Source: Planctomycetota bacterium (lineage in GTDB: Bacteria; Planctomycetota; B15-G4). Taken from it: a DNA stretch of 64,000 bases. This document shows positions 29,328 to 39,063 of the stretch, one piece after another; position 1 is the stretch's first letter; each line of letters starts with the position of its first letter. The stretch is taken from positions 1,120,001-1,184,000 of the forward strand of contig CBDFJQ010000002.1 in the NCBI GenBank assembly GCA_965248575.1, given 5' to 3'. Under the pieces are notes generated by a model. It was not told the DNA's origin, did no database searches, and worked only from the letters and a program-made list of their open reading frames with translations. The position numbers were made by a program, and so were the translations under genes.

Positions 29328-30740
29328 TCAGGCGGGCGAGACTCCCCGGAACTTACCGAACGAGCAGAAGTCGTGGGGCCTCGCCCACTGCCGGAAGCTG
29401 CGCCGCAGCTGCCGGTTCGGCGTCGCCCAGGAGGCTCCGAGCCGGACGACGTGTTCTTCGTCTTGAGTGGCGGCGGCCAGCTCCGGCAGCTGGCCCACCC
29501 TTGAGGAGATCGACCCTCCGCCGGAGTCGGAACCGGTGCCAACACCCGCGCCACCAAAGGCAACGTGCTTCCTGAACGCTGAGCCTGTCCACTCCCAGCC
29601 GTTGCCCACGAGTTCCAAGATCCCGAACGCACTGGCACCCCCGGGATGAGTGCCGACCGGCATCGGGGTTCCACTCAAGGAGTTGAAGTTGCCGTGCTCT
29701 GGCGCCGGGCTCGCGTCCCCCCAGGGGTGGCAACGCAATCCGCCTTCCGGTGTTCCGTAGGCAGCCCACACGGATTCCGCCTCTGTGGGCAGGCGCTGCC
29801 CGCGCCACGACAGAAACGCGCTGGCCTCGGCCCAGCTCACGAAGGCCGGCCAATCGAAAACCCGGGTCAGCGGAAGGTCCTCGTGCAATCCACGGCAGAA
29901 CCAGTCTCCCCCATCGCGGCGCCAGGACCGGGGACACGTCAGCTGCTGAGCCTGCAGGCTGCGCCAGGCCACTGTGGTCCAGGGCGCTGGGTCCGAGTAG
30001 CCCCCAGCGCTGACGAACTCGAAGAACTCACCGTTCATGATGGGCGTGCGGTCCATGCGGAAGGGCGCGACCGTCTCCGCGCGCTCCGGCACTTCGTGAC
30101 TCCAGAGATAGGAGCGCTGCACGGGCTCGGCGCCCAACACCACCCGACCGCCGGGGATCAGCATGCTGCGAGGAGCGCTCGCGGGGTCGAAACATGGGCT
30201 CGAGGCACTCACCACCTGGCGCTTGAGTGCGGGCTCGAGACAGGTCGCCATCTGCGCCAAGCTCTCTTGGTGGATCAGCTCGTGTTCGATCACGGCGTGC
30301 AGGATCAGTTCGGCTGGGGACAGGCCAGGGCCCTCTCCCACGGAGGCGCCGGACCCGGCACAGGACGAACCGATGGCCGAGCGCATGACCGTCCGCACCT
30401 CGTCGCGGTAGGCCAGGACCTCCTCAGGCCGCGGCCAGGCATCGCAGGACGCGCGCTCGTCGCGCTCGGTGGCCGACTGGACGCCCCCTGCCTTGGACAC
30501 TGGCGGCCGGAGGAAGAGATCGTCGAGGTCTGGGCGCGCCGACGCTCCCACGATGTCCGCCAGCCCCGACTGGAGTTCGCGCCAGGCAAAGGCCGGCAGA
30601 TGCCCCAAGTAGTAGAGGAAGGGAGGGCGCTCGGCGTCTGGGCGGGCCAGCAGGGCTTCGGGCTGCAGGCCGGCGAAGAGGGCGTCCGTTCGGCGCCACG
30701 TCTGCTCTAGCTCACCGACCAGCGACTTCGCTTCACTCAT
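29328..30740 (-). CDS. EgtB/OvoA-like protein (DinB + FGE-sulfatase domains)
   Basis: YYLGHLPAF, EHELIHQE (HxxxHxE), NGEFFEFV..GGY, RLPTEAE, GNGWEWT. Confidence 0.8.
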   Translation of the reverse strand: MSEAKSLVGELEQTWRRTDALFAGLQPEALLARPDAERPPFLYYLGHLPAFAWRELQSGLADIVGASARPDLDDLFLRPPVSKAGGVQSATERDERASCDAWPRPEEVLAYRDEVRTVMRSAIGSSCAGSGASVGEGPGLSPAELILHAVIEHELIHQESLAQMATCLEPALKRQVVSASSPCFDPASAPRSMLIPGGRVVLGAEPVQRSYLWSHEVPERAETVAPFRMDRTPIMNGEFFEFVSAGGYSDPAPWTTVAWRSLQAQQLTCPRSWRRDGGDWFCRGLHEDLPLTRVFDWPAFVSWAEASAFLSWRGQRLPTEAESVWAAYGTPEGGLRCHPWGDASPAPEHGNFNSLSGTPMPVGTHPGGASAFGILELVGNGWEWTGSAFRKHVAFGGAGVGTGSDSGGGSISSRVGQLPELAAATQDEEHVVRLGASWATPNRQLRRSFRQWARPHDFCSFGKFRGVSPA

Positions 30741-30991
30741 GTGCAGCTCCTGCATGTGCAGCTCTTGCCCTGGACTGGTACTGGTGCTGGCCTTGATTGG
30801 CTTGGCCTGCGCCTTGCCGAATCGCAACGGGCGCCTGCCGCAGCCGGATCCAACCCATGCTCCCGAGAATAGGAGATTCAAACCCCGATCGTGAGCGCCT
30901 AGATTGTGGAATGCACGGCCCGCCGCACCGCTGGGATGACATTGGCCCTGGGATTGCCCAGGATGAATGCCCTTCTCACGCGAGGCGCCCC

Positions 30992-31744
30992 ATGACGGAC
31001 GACAGCCCCAGCCCGACCGACGACTCCGAGGCCGCGCGACCCGCCCGACGGCTCGGAGTGGACTACGAGTCCGAGTCGCTGGAGCGCAGTACGTATGTCA
31101 TGGCCGTGGTGCATATGTACCGAGGCGAAGTGGCCCGGGCGAACGCCTGGCGCATGCGCCTGGACCAGACCACGAACTGGGCCATCTTCGTCACGGCGAG
31201 TGCGTTGGGTTTCGCGTTCAACAACAAGGACGCCTCACACTTCAGTCTGCAGTTCGCCAACGTGCTGCTGTTCTTCCTGCTGACCTTCGAGGCGCGTCGC
31301 TTCCGGTTCTTCGATGTGTGGAGGGCGCGCGTCCGCAAGGTGGAGACCAACTTCTTCGCTCCCATCCTGCGTCGGAACCTGTCCTCACCGGAGTCCGACT
31401 GGGCGCGTCAGGTGGCCACGGATCTCGACGAGCCCCATTTCCATCTGACGCGGCTCCAGGCCATGCGCAGCCGCCTCGTGCGCAACTACCTGCCCATCTT
31501 CGGTGTGGTCTTCGTCGCCTGGTTGATCAAGCTGGACATCCACCCTGTCCCCACCACTTCCTTCGACGAACTCTATGAGCGCTGCGCGGTGGGCATGTTC
31601 CCCAGCTGGGCAACGCTAGGGCTGATGGGCGCGTTCTACCTGGCCTTGCTCAACATCCTGTTGTTCGGCAGACCTCATGCACGCAGGGCCGGCCTCGACA
31701 ACTGGGACATCGGCGAGATCATCGGAGAAGAAAGCTTGCCGTAG
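30992..31744 (+). CDS. DUF2270 family membrane protein
   Basis: HMYRGEVARANAWRMRLDQTTNWA, EARRFRFFDVWRARVR. Confidence 0.85.
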   Translation: MTDDSPSPTDDSEAARPARRLGVDYESESLERSTYVMAVVHMYRGEVARANAWRMRLDQTTNWAIFVTASALGFAFNNKDASHFSLQFANVLLFFLLTFEARRFRFFDVWRARVRKVETNFFAPILRRNLSSPESDWARQVATDLDEPHFHLTRLQAMRSRLVRNYLPIFGVVFVAWLIKLDIHPVPTTSFDELYERCAVGMFPSWATLGLMGAFYLALLNILLFGRPHARRAGLDNWDIGEIIGEESLP

Positions 31745-31759
31745 AACGGCTGCGAGGCC

Positions 31760-33190
31760 TCAGACCTTGGGGCGCCGCGCCTGGTTGGAGCTGGCCGGGA
31801 CGCCTGTGGTTCCGTTTGAGAACTGGCTCGGATCGTTGGCGTACTGCAGCGCAACCTCCTGGGACACGAGACCCTTGGAGACGAGCCATGCCAAGTGCTT
31901 CTCCAGCGTGACCATGCGCTCCTTGGCAGACAGCTGCATGGTGGCGTAGATCTGGTGCCATGCGCCCGTGCGGATCAGGTTGCTGATCGACGAGATGTTC
32001 TTGAGGATCTCGAAGGTCGCGATACGACCCCGGCCGTCCTTGCGCGGCAGCAGCTTCTGCGCCACGACGTAAGCCAGGCTGAACGACAGCTGCGACATCA
32101 CTTCCTTGGAGCGTTCTGGCGGGAAGAGGTCGACGATACGGGTGACCACACCCTTGGCATCGCGGGTGTGCAAGGTCGTGAACACGAGGTGTCCCGTTTC
32201 CGCAGCGGAAAGCGCGAGGTTGGCAGTTTCCGAGTCACGAATCTCACCCAGGAAGATGACGTCGGGGTCTTCACGCAGTGCACTGCGCAGACCGCCGGAG
32301 AAGGTGCGTGTGTTCTTGCCCACTTCGCGCTGGGAGATCAGGCAGCGGTCGGGGGTCATGACGTACTCGATGGGGTCCTCGAGCGTGATGACCCGCAGGC
32401 GTGAACGGCGGTTCAGCTCAGCCAGGATCGAGGCGATCGTGGTGGATTTGCCGGAACCGGTGATGCCCGTGACGACCACGAGACCTTGACGCAGGTTGAG
32501 GATCTCCTCCACCACGCGCGGATCGGGGAAGCCGAGCCCCTTGGTGTCGGGCACGTTGCGCGGCAGGGCTCGAACAACCATGGCCAGGCCGTCCCGGTCG
32601 TGGAACACGTTGATACGGAAATCCATCTGCTCGACTTCGAAGTGGAAGCCGGCGTCCACATCCTCCGGCGGCTCCTGCTCCAACTTGCGGATGTGGTCCG
32701 TACGCAGCAGCGGGTAGACGAGGCCTTCCATGACCTCGGGGGTGAGGTCACTGGCGCCCTCCAGGGGAACGAGTTGACCGTCGTGCCGGAAGCGCGCGGG
32801 TCCTCCGACTTTGAGGTGCAGGTCGGCAAGCCTGGAGAGGCCTCCGGCCTGGGAGTCCCCCTCGCCAAAGCGGCGCAGCAGGTCGAAAATGGAAACGAGA
32901 CGTCCGCCCACGTCGTAGACGTTGTGATCCGCCTGCGCGTCCGGGCGATGGCTGCCTTCCCGGCGCGCGATCTGGCGCGGCGCGGCCCGATCCTGCGGAG
33001 GTGTCGGGTCGGGCGAGTAGTTCAGCGGCTCTGCGGAGGCGCCGGGTGCCACGGGCACCGCCGGCGGAGCGGAAGGTGCCGCCGGAGGAGCTGTCGAAGC
33101 GGGGGCAGCTGGAGCGGCAGGCTGGGCGGGCACGGGCGGCTGATCGGTGATGCCGTCGATGTAGCTTGGGTCTGGGGTCCGGTTGGTCAC
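31760..33190 (-). CDS. pilT: PilT/PilU family type IV pilus retraction ATPase with Pro/Ala-rich N-terminal extension
   Basis: GITGSGKST, TLEDPIE, ALREDPDVIFLGEIRD, AETGHLVFTTLHT, ISNLIR; GTG start estimated. Confidence 0.88.
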   Translation of the reverse strand: MTNRTPDPSYIDGITDQPPVPAQPAAPAAPASTAPPAAPSAPPAVPVAPGASAEPLNYSPDPTPPQDRAAPRQIARREGSHRPDAQADHNVYDVGGRLVSIFDLLRRFGEGDSQAGGLSRLADLHLKVGGPARFRHDGQLVPLEGASDLTPEVMEGLVYPLLRTDHIRKLEQEPPEDVDAGFHFEVEQMDFRINVFHDRDGLAMVVRALPRNVPDTKGLGFPDPRVVEEILNLRQGLVVVTGITGSGKSTTIASILAELNRRSRLRVITLEDPIEYVMTPDRCLISQREVGKNTRTFSGGLRSALREDPDVIFLGEIRDSETANLALSAAETGHLVFTTLHTRDAKGVVTRIVDLFPPERSKEVMSQLSFSLAYVVAQKLLPRKDGRGRIATFEILKNISSISNLIRTGAWHQIYATMQLSAKERMVTLEKHLAWLVSKGLVSQEVALQYANDPSQFSNGTTGVPASSNQARRPKV

Positions 33191-33374
33191 GGGACGACAC
33201 TCCGATGGGGCTTGCAGAAAGAGACCCTTTCGGCAGCTCACGCTCAGGACTTGGGAGCGACTTCCGCCCCCTGCTCCTCCCCGGCAGTTCACTATGCTGT
33301 TGCGAGCATCAAAGCCCCCCCAGGCCGTCAATTCCGCCCCGTCGACGGCTCAGCCCTCCTCCTCCGGACGATCC

Positions 33375-33884
33375 ATGGAACGCTGGTCGATTCACCTGCA
33401 GAAAGAAACATTCAAGTTCTCGGCCGCTCACTTCCTGATCTTCCCCGACGGCAGCGCGGAGCGACTGCACGGCCACAACTACCGGGTCTTCGTTGACATC
33501 GAGGCCGCTCTCGACCGCTTCGGCCTCGTCATCGACTTCAAGACCGTGAAGCCCGTAATCCGGGAACTCGTAGACGAACTCGACGAACACTGGCTCCTGC
33601 CCGGTGAGCACCCCGTGCTCTCCACGCACCTGCGGGAGGACGGGGTGATGGAAGTGCACTACCTCGAACGCTACTACGCCGCACCCAAAGAAGACGTGAT
33701 CGTGCTACCCATGAACAACCTGAGCGCCGAGAACCTGGCCACTTGGCTTGCGCGCGAACTGCGCTCTCGGCTCGAACAGCGATTCCCGAAGCTGCGCGTG
33801 CGACAGCTCGACCTGGCGGTGGAAGAAACCTCCGGGCAACGGGGCGTCTACCACTACCAAGCGCAGCCTGACGACGCTCCATGA
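33375..33884 (+). CDS. 6-pyruvoyl-tetrahydropterin synthase family protein, PTPS-III-type motif
   Basis: FSAAHF, AERLHGHNY, VIDF, SAENLA, VEET; Glu but no Cys before HGH. Confidence 0.88.
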   Translation: MERWSIHLQKETFKFSAAHFLIFPDGSAERLHGHNYRVFVDIEAALDRFGLVIDFKTVKPVIRELVDELDEHWLLPGEHPVLSTHLREDGVMEVHYLERYYAAPKEDVIVLPMNNLSAENLATWLARELRSRLEQRFPKLRVRQLDLAVEETSGQRGVYHYQAQPDDAP

Positions 33885-34579
33885 GCACACGCCCACTGCG
33901 TGTCCTGGTCACGGGGTTCGAGCCCTTCGGCGGCGAACCCATCAACCCGTCGCAGCAGCTCGTGGAGGAGCTGAAGCACGAGCAGTTCGATGGACTGGAG
34001 CTGGTCACCAGCATCCTGCCGGTGGACATAGAACTCCTGCCGATCGAACTGGAACGAGCTCTGGACGAGGTGCGGCCGGACGCCCTGTTGCTCGTGGGAC
34101 AGGCCACGGGACGCGACGCCATCTGCTTGGAGACCACGGCCATCAACGAGGTGGCCTACGGCAAGGCCCGCGACAACGCTGGCCGTTCCATCAGCTCAGC
34201 ACCTGTGCAAGCTGGTGGGCCCAGGCAGCGCCCCTCCACCCTGCCCCTCGAACCTCTCCAGGCAGCGCTGGCCTCCGCCGGGCATCGGGTGCGCTGTTCC
34301 AACGACGCGGGGCGCTTCCTCTGCAATCACGCGCTCTACACCTGCCTGGCACGGGAGCCGGCCATCCCCTGCGCTTTTGTTCATGTCCCGCTGTTGCCGG
34401 AGCAGGCGACGCGCCGGGAGCTCGACGAACCCAGCCTTGAGCAGTCCGCGGTGGCCGCCTGCCTCAGGGAACTGCTGAGCCTGCTGCCCCGGCATCTTCA
34501 GAGCCACGCGTCGCACCACCCTTCGCAGCCGCCGGGTACCCCTCCCGGCCCTCCCGGCCCTCCCGCCGCAGACGCCTGA
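33881..34579 (+). CDS. pcp: Pyroglutamyl-peptidase I
   Basis: VTGFEPFGGEPINPS, catalytic Glu (LETTAIN), Cys (AGRFLCN), His (FVHVP). Confidence 0.92.
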   Translation: MSTRPLRVLVTGFEPFGGEPINPSQQLVEELKHEQFDGLELVTSILPVDIELLPIELERALDEVRPDALLLVGQATGRDAICLETTAINEVAYGKARDNAGRSISSAPVQAGGPRQRPSTLPLEPLQAALASAGHRVRCSNDAGRFLCNHALYTCLAREPAIPCAFVHVPLLPEQATRRELDEPSLEQSAVAACLRELLSLLPRHLQSHASHHPSQPPGTPPGPPGPPAADA

Positions 34580-35891
34580 AGTCGTCCAGACGTTGCTGAA
34601 GGTGCGCTTCGAAACCCACATCACCTGGTCGGTAGAAGGTCGCATCAGCGAATCGGTCAGGCAGGTGTTCTTGATTCGTCACGCGGCCCGGGACCTCGTG
34701 CGGATTCTGATAGGGCGCTGAACCGGGGACCGACCCGGGGCGTTTCGAACCCGCCAGCTCCGGTGGCACGTCCAGGGCACCACCCCGCTCAGCGGCCTGA
34801 CGAGCCTCACCGGACGCCCGGTACACGGCGTCTGACTTCGGTGCCAACGCCAGGTAGATGGCCGCTTGGCATAGGGCCGCATCTCCCTCGGGCATGCCCA
34901 GAAACTGCACCGCGCGCAAGGCATCCAGCGCCACGCCCAAGGCGCGCGGATCCGCCAATCCCACGTCTTCGCTCGCCATGCGCACAAGGCGCCGAGCCAC
35001 CACGGTGGGGTCTTCGCCGGCGAGCAACATCCGGTGCAACCAATACACGGCTGCGTCCGGATCGCCACCGCGCAAGGACTTGTGCAGCGCGCTGAGCAGA
35101 TCGAAGTGCCGGTCGCCCGAGCGGTCGTGCGCGGGCAGGCGCGCTCCGAGCGACCCGCGCACATGAGCCGCCGTGATCACGGCCGCCCCTTCCACCCGGG
35201 CCATGTGCGCTGCACGCTCGAGGTGGTTGAGCAGTCGCCGGCCATCGCCGTCCGCGACCTCCACGAGTTCTGCTCGCGCCTCTTCATCCAGCCCCCGCTC
35301 CCCCGACATCCCTCGCGGATCCGCGAGCCCCCGATCCAGGAGCTCCCCCGCTGCGTCAGGCGTCAGGGCGTTGAGCTGAACGAGTCGGCAGCGCGACAGG
35401 AGTGCCTGGTTGAGATAGAAGGCGGGGTTCTCGGTGGTGGCACCGACCATCACCACGCGCCCGTCCTCAACTTCGTGCAGCAGGGCATCCTGCTGCCCCT
35501 TGTGGAAGCGGTGGATCTCATCTACGAAGAGCAGGGTCCGGCGGCCCGATGCCCCCAGCCGCTGGGCCGATTCAGCCAGCAACCGACGGACCTCCGCAAC
35601 GCCGACGGAGACCGCTGAGATGTGGGTCAGCTCGAAGCCAGCCTCGTCAGCCAGCAGGCGCGCCAGCGTCGTCTTGCCGCAGCCGGGTGGGCCCCACAGA
35701 ACCAGCGAGGAGAGGCGCCCGTCCTTGGCTTCGCGGCGCAACAGTCCATCGGCCGCCAACAGCTCCCCCTGCCCCACCACCTCGTCGAGGCCCTGGGGAC
35801 GAAGGCGTTCAGCGAGAGGCGCCGTGATCGCCGCACGTCGACGACCCGCGGCAGAGAAGAGGTCGCCGTGCGTGGGTGAGGGTGGTGACAT
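34464..35891 (-). CDS. rarA: Replication-associated recombination protein A (RarA/MgsA)
   Basis: PLAERLRP, WGPPGCGKTT, DEIHRF, GATTENP, SALHKSLRG, ASEDVGLADP. Confidence 0.95.
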   Translation of the reverse strand: MSPPSPTHGDLFSAAGRRRAAITAPLAERLRPQGLDEVVGQGELLAADGLLRREAKDGRLSSLVLWGPPGCGKTTLARLLADEAGFELTHISAVSVGVAEVRRLLAESAQRLGASGRRTLLFVDEIHRFHKGQQDALLHEVEDGRVVMVGATTENPAFYLNQALLSRCRLVQLNALTPDAAGELLDRGLADPRGMSGERGLDEEARAELVEVADGDGRRLLNHLERAAHMARVEGAAVITAAHVRGSLGARLPAHDRSGDRHFDLLSALHKSLRGGDPDAAVYWLHRMLLAGEDPTVVARRLVRMASEDVGLADPRALGVALDALRAVQFLGMPEGDAALCQAAIYLALAPKSDAVYRASGEARQAAERGGALDVPPELAGSKRPGSVPGSAPYQNPHEVPGRVTNQEHLPDRFADATFYRPGDVGFEAHLQQRLDDFRRLRREGREGREGYPAAAKGGATRGSEDAGAAGSAVP

Positions 35892-36015
35892 GGATCTGCA
35901 TGGAGGAGAAGCCGTAGAGTCTAACGTCCTGCGCCGGGGACCGCTGCCGCACGAGCTGCTGCCCTTCACCCATCGCCGACAACTCCGCTCACCCGTTCAG
36001 CCCGAGGACTCCCCC

Positions 36016-36429
36016 ATGGTTCGGATCGACATCGTCTACCAGGGAGACCTGCGCTGTCAGGCCGCCCACGAACCCTCGGGCCAGACCTTGCTCACGGACG
36101 CTCCGGTCGACAACCACGGCAAGGGAGAGTCCTTCTCCCCCACGGACCTCGTGGCCACGGCCCTGGGCAGCTGCATGGCAACCATCATGGCGATTGCGGC
36201 GGAGAAGCATGGGCTGGACCTGAGCGGCATGCGCATCACGGTCGTGAAGTCCATGGGCGCCGAGCCGGTTCGTCACATCTCCAAGCTCAACACCATCATC
36301 CACATCCCGGTCGAGCCGGAGGACAAGCTGAAGACGATCCTGGAGCGAGCAGCCCATGCCTGCCCGGTGCACGCCAGCTTGGCCGAATCCACGGAGAAGC
36401 CGGTCCTCTTCCGCTGGGGCAAGACCTGA
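36016..36429 (+). CDS. OsmC family protein
   Basis: TDAPVDNHGKGESFSPTDLVATALGSC, CPVHASL; GAGG upstream. Confidence 0.92.
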   Translation: MVRIDIVYQGDLRCQAAHEPSGQTLLTDAPVDNHGKGESFSPTDLVATALGSCMATIMAIAAEKHGLDLSGMRITVVKSMGAEPVRHISKLNTIIHIPVEPEDKLKTILERAAHACPVHASLAESTEKPVLFRWGKT

Positions 36430-36457
36430 GGACGAGACGGACCACCCCTGGGGATCG

Positions 36458-37996
36458 CTAGTCGGTGTCCACCACCAGGCCTTCGGTGGCGAGCGGCTTC
36501 TCTCCCTCGGTGCGGGCCACGAGCGCGGCGCCACAAGAGTCGCTCCACACGTTCACCACGGTCCGCAGCATGTCGAGCGGGCGATCCACGGCGAGCAGGA
36601 GGGCTGCGCCCTCCACAGGTAGACCCAGGGTGCCGAGAATCGTGAGCATCATCACGAGCCCGGCGGAGGGGATGCCGGCCGCACCAATCGATGCCAGCAG
36701 CGCCATGACGACGACCTGGGCCTGCACGGCCAACGTCAGCGGAAAATCGCTCACGCCCTGGTAGTACTGAGCCAGGAAGATCACACCCACGCACTCGTAA
36801 AGCGCCGTGCCGTCCATGTTGATGGTGGCGCCCAAGGGCAACACGAAGGACGTGGTCTTGTTGCTCACCCGGCCGCGCCGCTCGACGGTGTCCAAGGTGA
36901 CCGGCAGGGTCATGGACGAAGACGAGGTGGAGAAGGCCGTCATCAGCGCCGGCCCCATGGCCTTGAACCAGCCAATGGGACTCACACCACCCAACTTGAG
37001 TAGCGTGGGCAAGGTGATGACAGCGTGGAACAGGAGCCCGCCAGCCACCACCGCCATGTAGAGACCCAGCGGCTCGAAGAGGCCGAAGCCCGTCTCGCCA
37101 ACGACCTTCGCCAGCAACACGAACACGCCGTACGGGATCAGGCTCAGGACCCAACCGGCCATCTTCATCATCACTTCGAAGGCCGACTCGAAGAACGCCT
37201 TCATGCGATCGCGATGGGGATCGGCCGCCTGCGTGATGAAGTAGCCGAAGAGCAGCGCAAAGAAGATGACCTGCAACATGGCCCGGTTGTCGCCCATCGC
37301 CGCAAAGACGTTGGTGGGGATCATGCGCTTCAGCACGTCCCAGAAACTCTGGCCTGCCACTGTCTGGAACTCGTTCGACGGCAGGAGCCCGAGCGAGGCC
37401 CCGGTGCCAGGCTGGACGAGGTTGACCAACACCTGGCCGACGACGACGGCCAGCAAGCTGGTGCCGAGGTAGTAGGCGAAGGTCTTCAGCCCCATGCGTC
37501 GCAGGTCGCGGCCCGCCCCCACTCCCGCCACGCCCGTGATGATGGACGTCAGGATGATGGGCACGATCAGCATCTTCAGCAAGGCGAGGAAGATGTCCGC
37601 CAGGAATGCGAAGGGCTCGATCCAGCGGGCCCGCTCACAGCCTGGCTCCATGCGCACGGTGACGGGCGCGGCTTCCCGCCCGTCGGCGAACTCCAACCAC
37701 AGCACCTGGCCGAGACCTGTCTCGGTCAGGATCTCCTCCATGCGGCTCGGGCCGAACAGCGGCCCGCCAGCGGAGTCGCTGGACTGGTCGACGACCATCC
37801 CCCGCAGGACGTCGCCGGGCTTCACCCCAGCCGCCGAGCCAGGGCTGTCGGGGTCGACGGCCGAAACCACGGCGCCCGTGTCCCCTGCCTCGACGTGCAA
37901 CCCCAACCACGGCGGCGCATCGAGTGCGGTCTGGAAGTACCCGCCCACCGCCACGCCGGCGATGAGTGCGATGAGAATGCGCCAGTGGAGTTTCAC
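36458..37996 (-). CDS. Dicarboxylate/amino acid:cation symporter (DAACS) with inserted PDZ domain
   Basis: LKMLIVP, AFSTSSSSMTLP, PLGATINMDGTAL, DRPLDMLRTVVNVWSD; PDZ-like WLGL...VSAVDPDSPGSAAGVKPGDVL after TM1. Confidence 0.92.
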   Translation of the reverse strand: MKLHWRILIALIAGVAVGGYFQTALDAPPWLGLHVEAGDTGAVVSAVDPDSPGSAAGVKPGDVLRGMVVDQSSDSAGGPLFGPSRMEEILTETGLGQVLWLEFADGREAAPVTVRMEPGCERARWIEPFAFLADIFLALLKMLIVPIILTSIITGVAGVGAGRDLRRMGLKTFAYYLGTSLLAVVVGQVLVNLVQPGTGASLGLLPSNEFQTVAGQSFWDVLKRMIPTNVFAAMGDNRAMLQVIFFALLFGYFITQAADPHRDRMKAFFESAFEVMMKMAGWVLSLIPYGVFVLLAKVVGETGFGLFEPLGLYMAVVAGGLLFHAVITLPTLLKLGGVSPIGWFKAMGPALMTAFSTSSSSMTLPVTLDTVERRGRVSNKTTSFVLPLGATINMDGTALYECVGVIFLAQYYQGVSDFPLTLAVQAQVVVMALLASIGAAGIPSAGLVMMLTILGTLGLPVEGAALLLAVDRPLDMLRTVVNVWSDSCGAALVARTEGEKPLATEGLVVDTD

Positions 37997-38085
37997 GGCG
38001 CCCAGGTTACAGGGAGGCCTGCTGAGATCCCAACGCCCAGCTGAAGCCCTTGAGCCCCGGCCCTCGTCCTATCCCTGGTCCTAAC

Positions 38086-39063
38086 CTAGGGGCGCAGTCG
38101 GCCGGTGCGGCGTTGACCGCGAGCGGACAGCGGGCCCATCACCTTCTTGCCGAGGGCCGACGTGATCATCTCGCAGGCCAGCTCGGCGGTCGCATTTCCG
38201 GAGTCGAGAATCGGATTGAGCTCCGCCACCTCCATGGACACGAGGCGACCGGAGTCGGCGAGCATCTCCATGATCAGATACGTCTCCCGCATGGAGATCC
38301 CACCCGCGACGGGTGTCCCCACGCCCGGCGCACAGGCTGGATCAATACCGTCCATGTCCAGGGAGAGGTGCACACCAGCAGCGTCGCGCAGGGCGATGGA
38401 GAGGGCTTCCTCAACGACCGCTGCCATGCCTCGGGCATCGATCTTCATCATTTCGTAGTAGTGGATGCCGCTCTGCATGACGAGCTCGCGCTCGCCGTCA
38501 TCCACCGAACGGATGCCGATCAGCACCGTGTTCTCGGGCGGGACCTTGGGAGAGAAGCCGCCAATGTTGACGAGCTCCTGGGCGCCATACCCCATCAAAG
38601 CCGACAGGGGCATTCCGTGCACGTTGCCCGTGGGAGAAGTGTTCACCGTGTTGAAATCGGCGTGGGCATCAATCCAGATCAGCCCGATCTTCTCCTGCTT
38701 CTTGCGGAAGTGGGAAGCCACCCCGGTGACCGTTCCCATGGCCATGGAGTGATCCCCGCCCACGACCACGGGAAACTTCCCATCGTCCAGGACGCTTTCG
38801 ACGCGTGGCGCGAGGTTCTCGCAAGCAGCCACGATCTCCTTCATGTACTTCGCGCCAGGTCCCGTCTCAGGTCGTTCGGGTAGCGGAACCTCCACGTCAC
38901 CGAGGTCCTCGAACGCCAGGTTGAGCTCAGCCACTTCAGCGGCCAGCCCCGCGTAGCGAACGGCAGCCGGACCCATGTCGACCCCGCGACGACCGGCTCC
39001 CAGGTCCATGGGGAAGCCAAGCATGCAAACGTCTTTGGCGGCATTGGGCGGCATGGGTTTCAT
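38086..39063 (-). CDS. rocF: Arginase
   Basis: GVDMGP, GGDHS, DAHADFN, HGMP, SLDMDGIDP..APGVGTPV.GG, ELNP. Confidence 0.93.
   Translation of the reverse strand: MKPMPPNAAKDVCMLGFPMDLGAGRRGVDMGPAAVRYAGLAAEVAELNLAFEDLGDVEVPLPERPETGPGAKYMKEIVAACENLAPRVESVLDDGKFPVVVGGDHSMAMGTVTGVASHFRKKQEKIGLIWIDAHADFNTVNTSPTGNVHGMPLSALMGYGAQELVNIGGFSPKVPPENTVLIGIRSVDDGERELVMQSGIHYYEMMKIDARGMAAVVEEALSIALRDAAGVHLSLDMDGIDPACAPGVGTPVAGGISMRETYLIMEMLADSGRLVSMEVAELNPILDSGNATAELACEMITSALGKKVMGPLSARGQRRTGRLRP

Noticed and set aside
29328..30740. Gene symbol egtB or ovoA
   Set aside because: Family is clear, but the Tyr-bearing loop, OvoA methyltransferase domain and egtD neighbour are missing
33375..33884. Gene symbol queD
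   Set aside because: The catalytic Cys of CxxxHGH is absent; the motif fits PTPS-III
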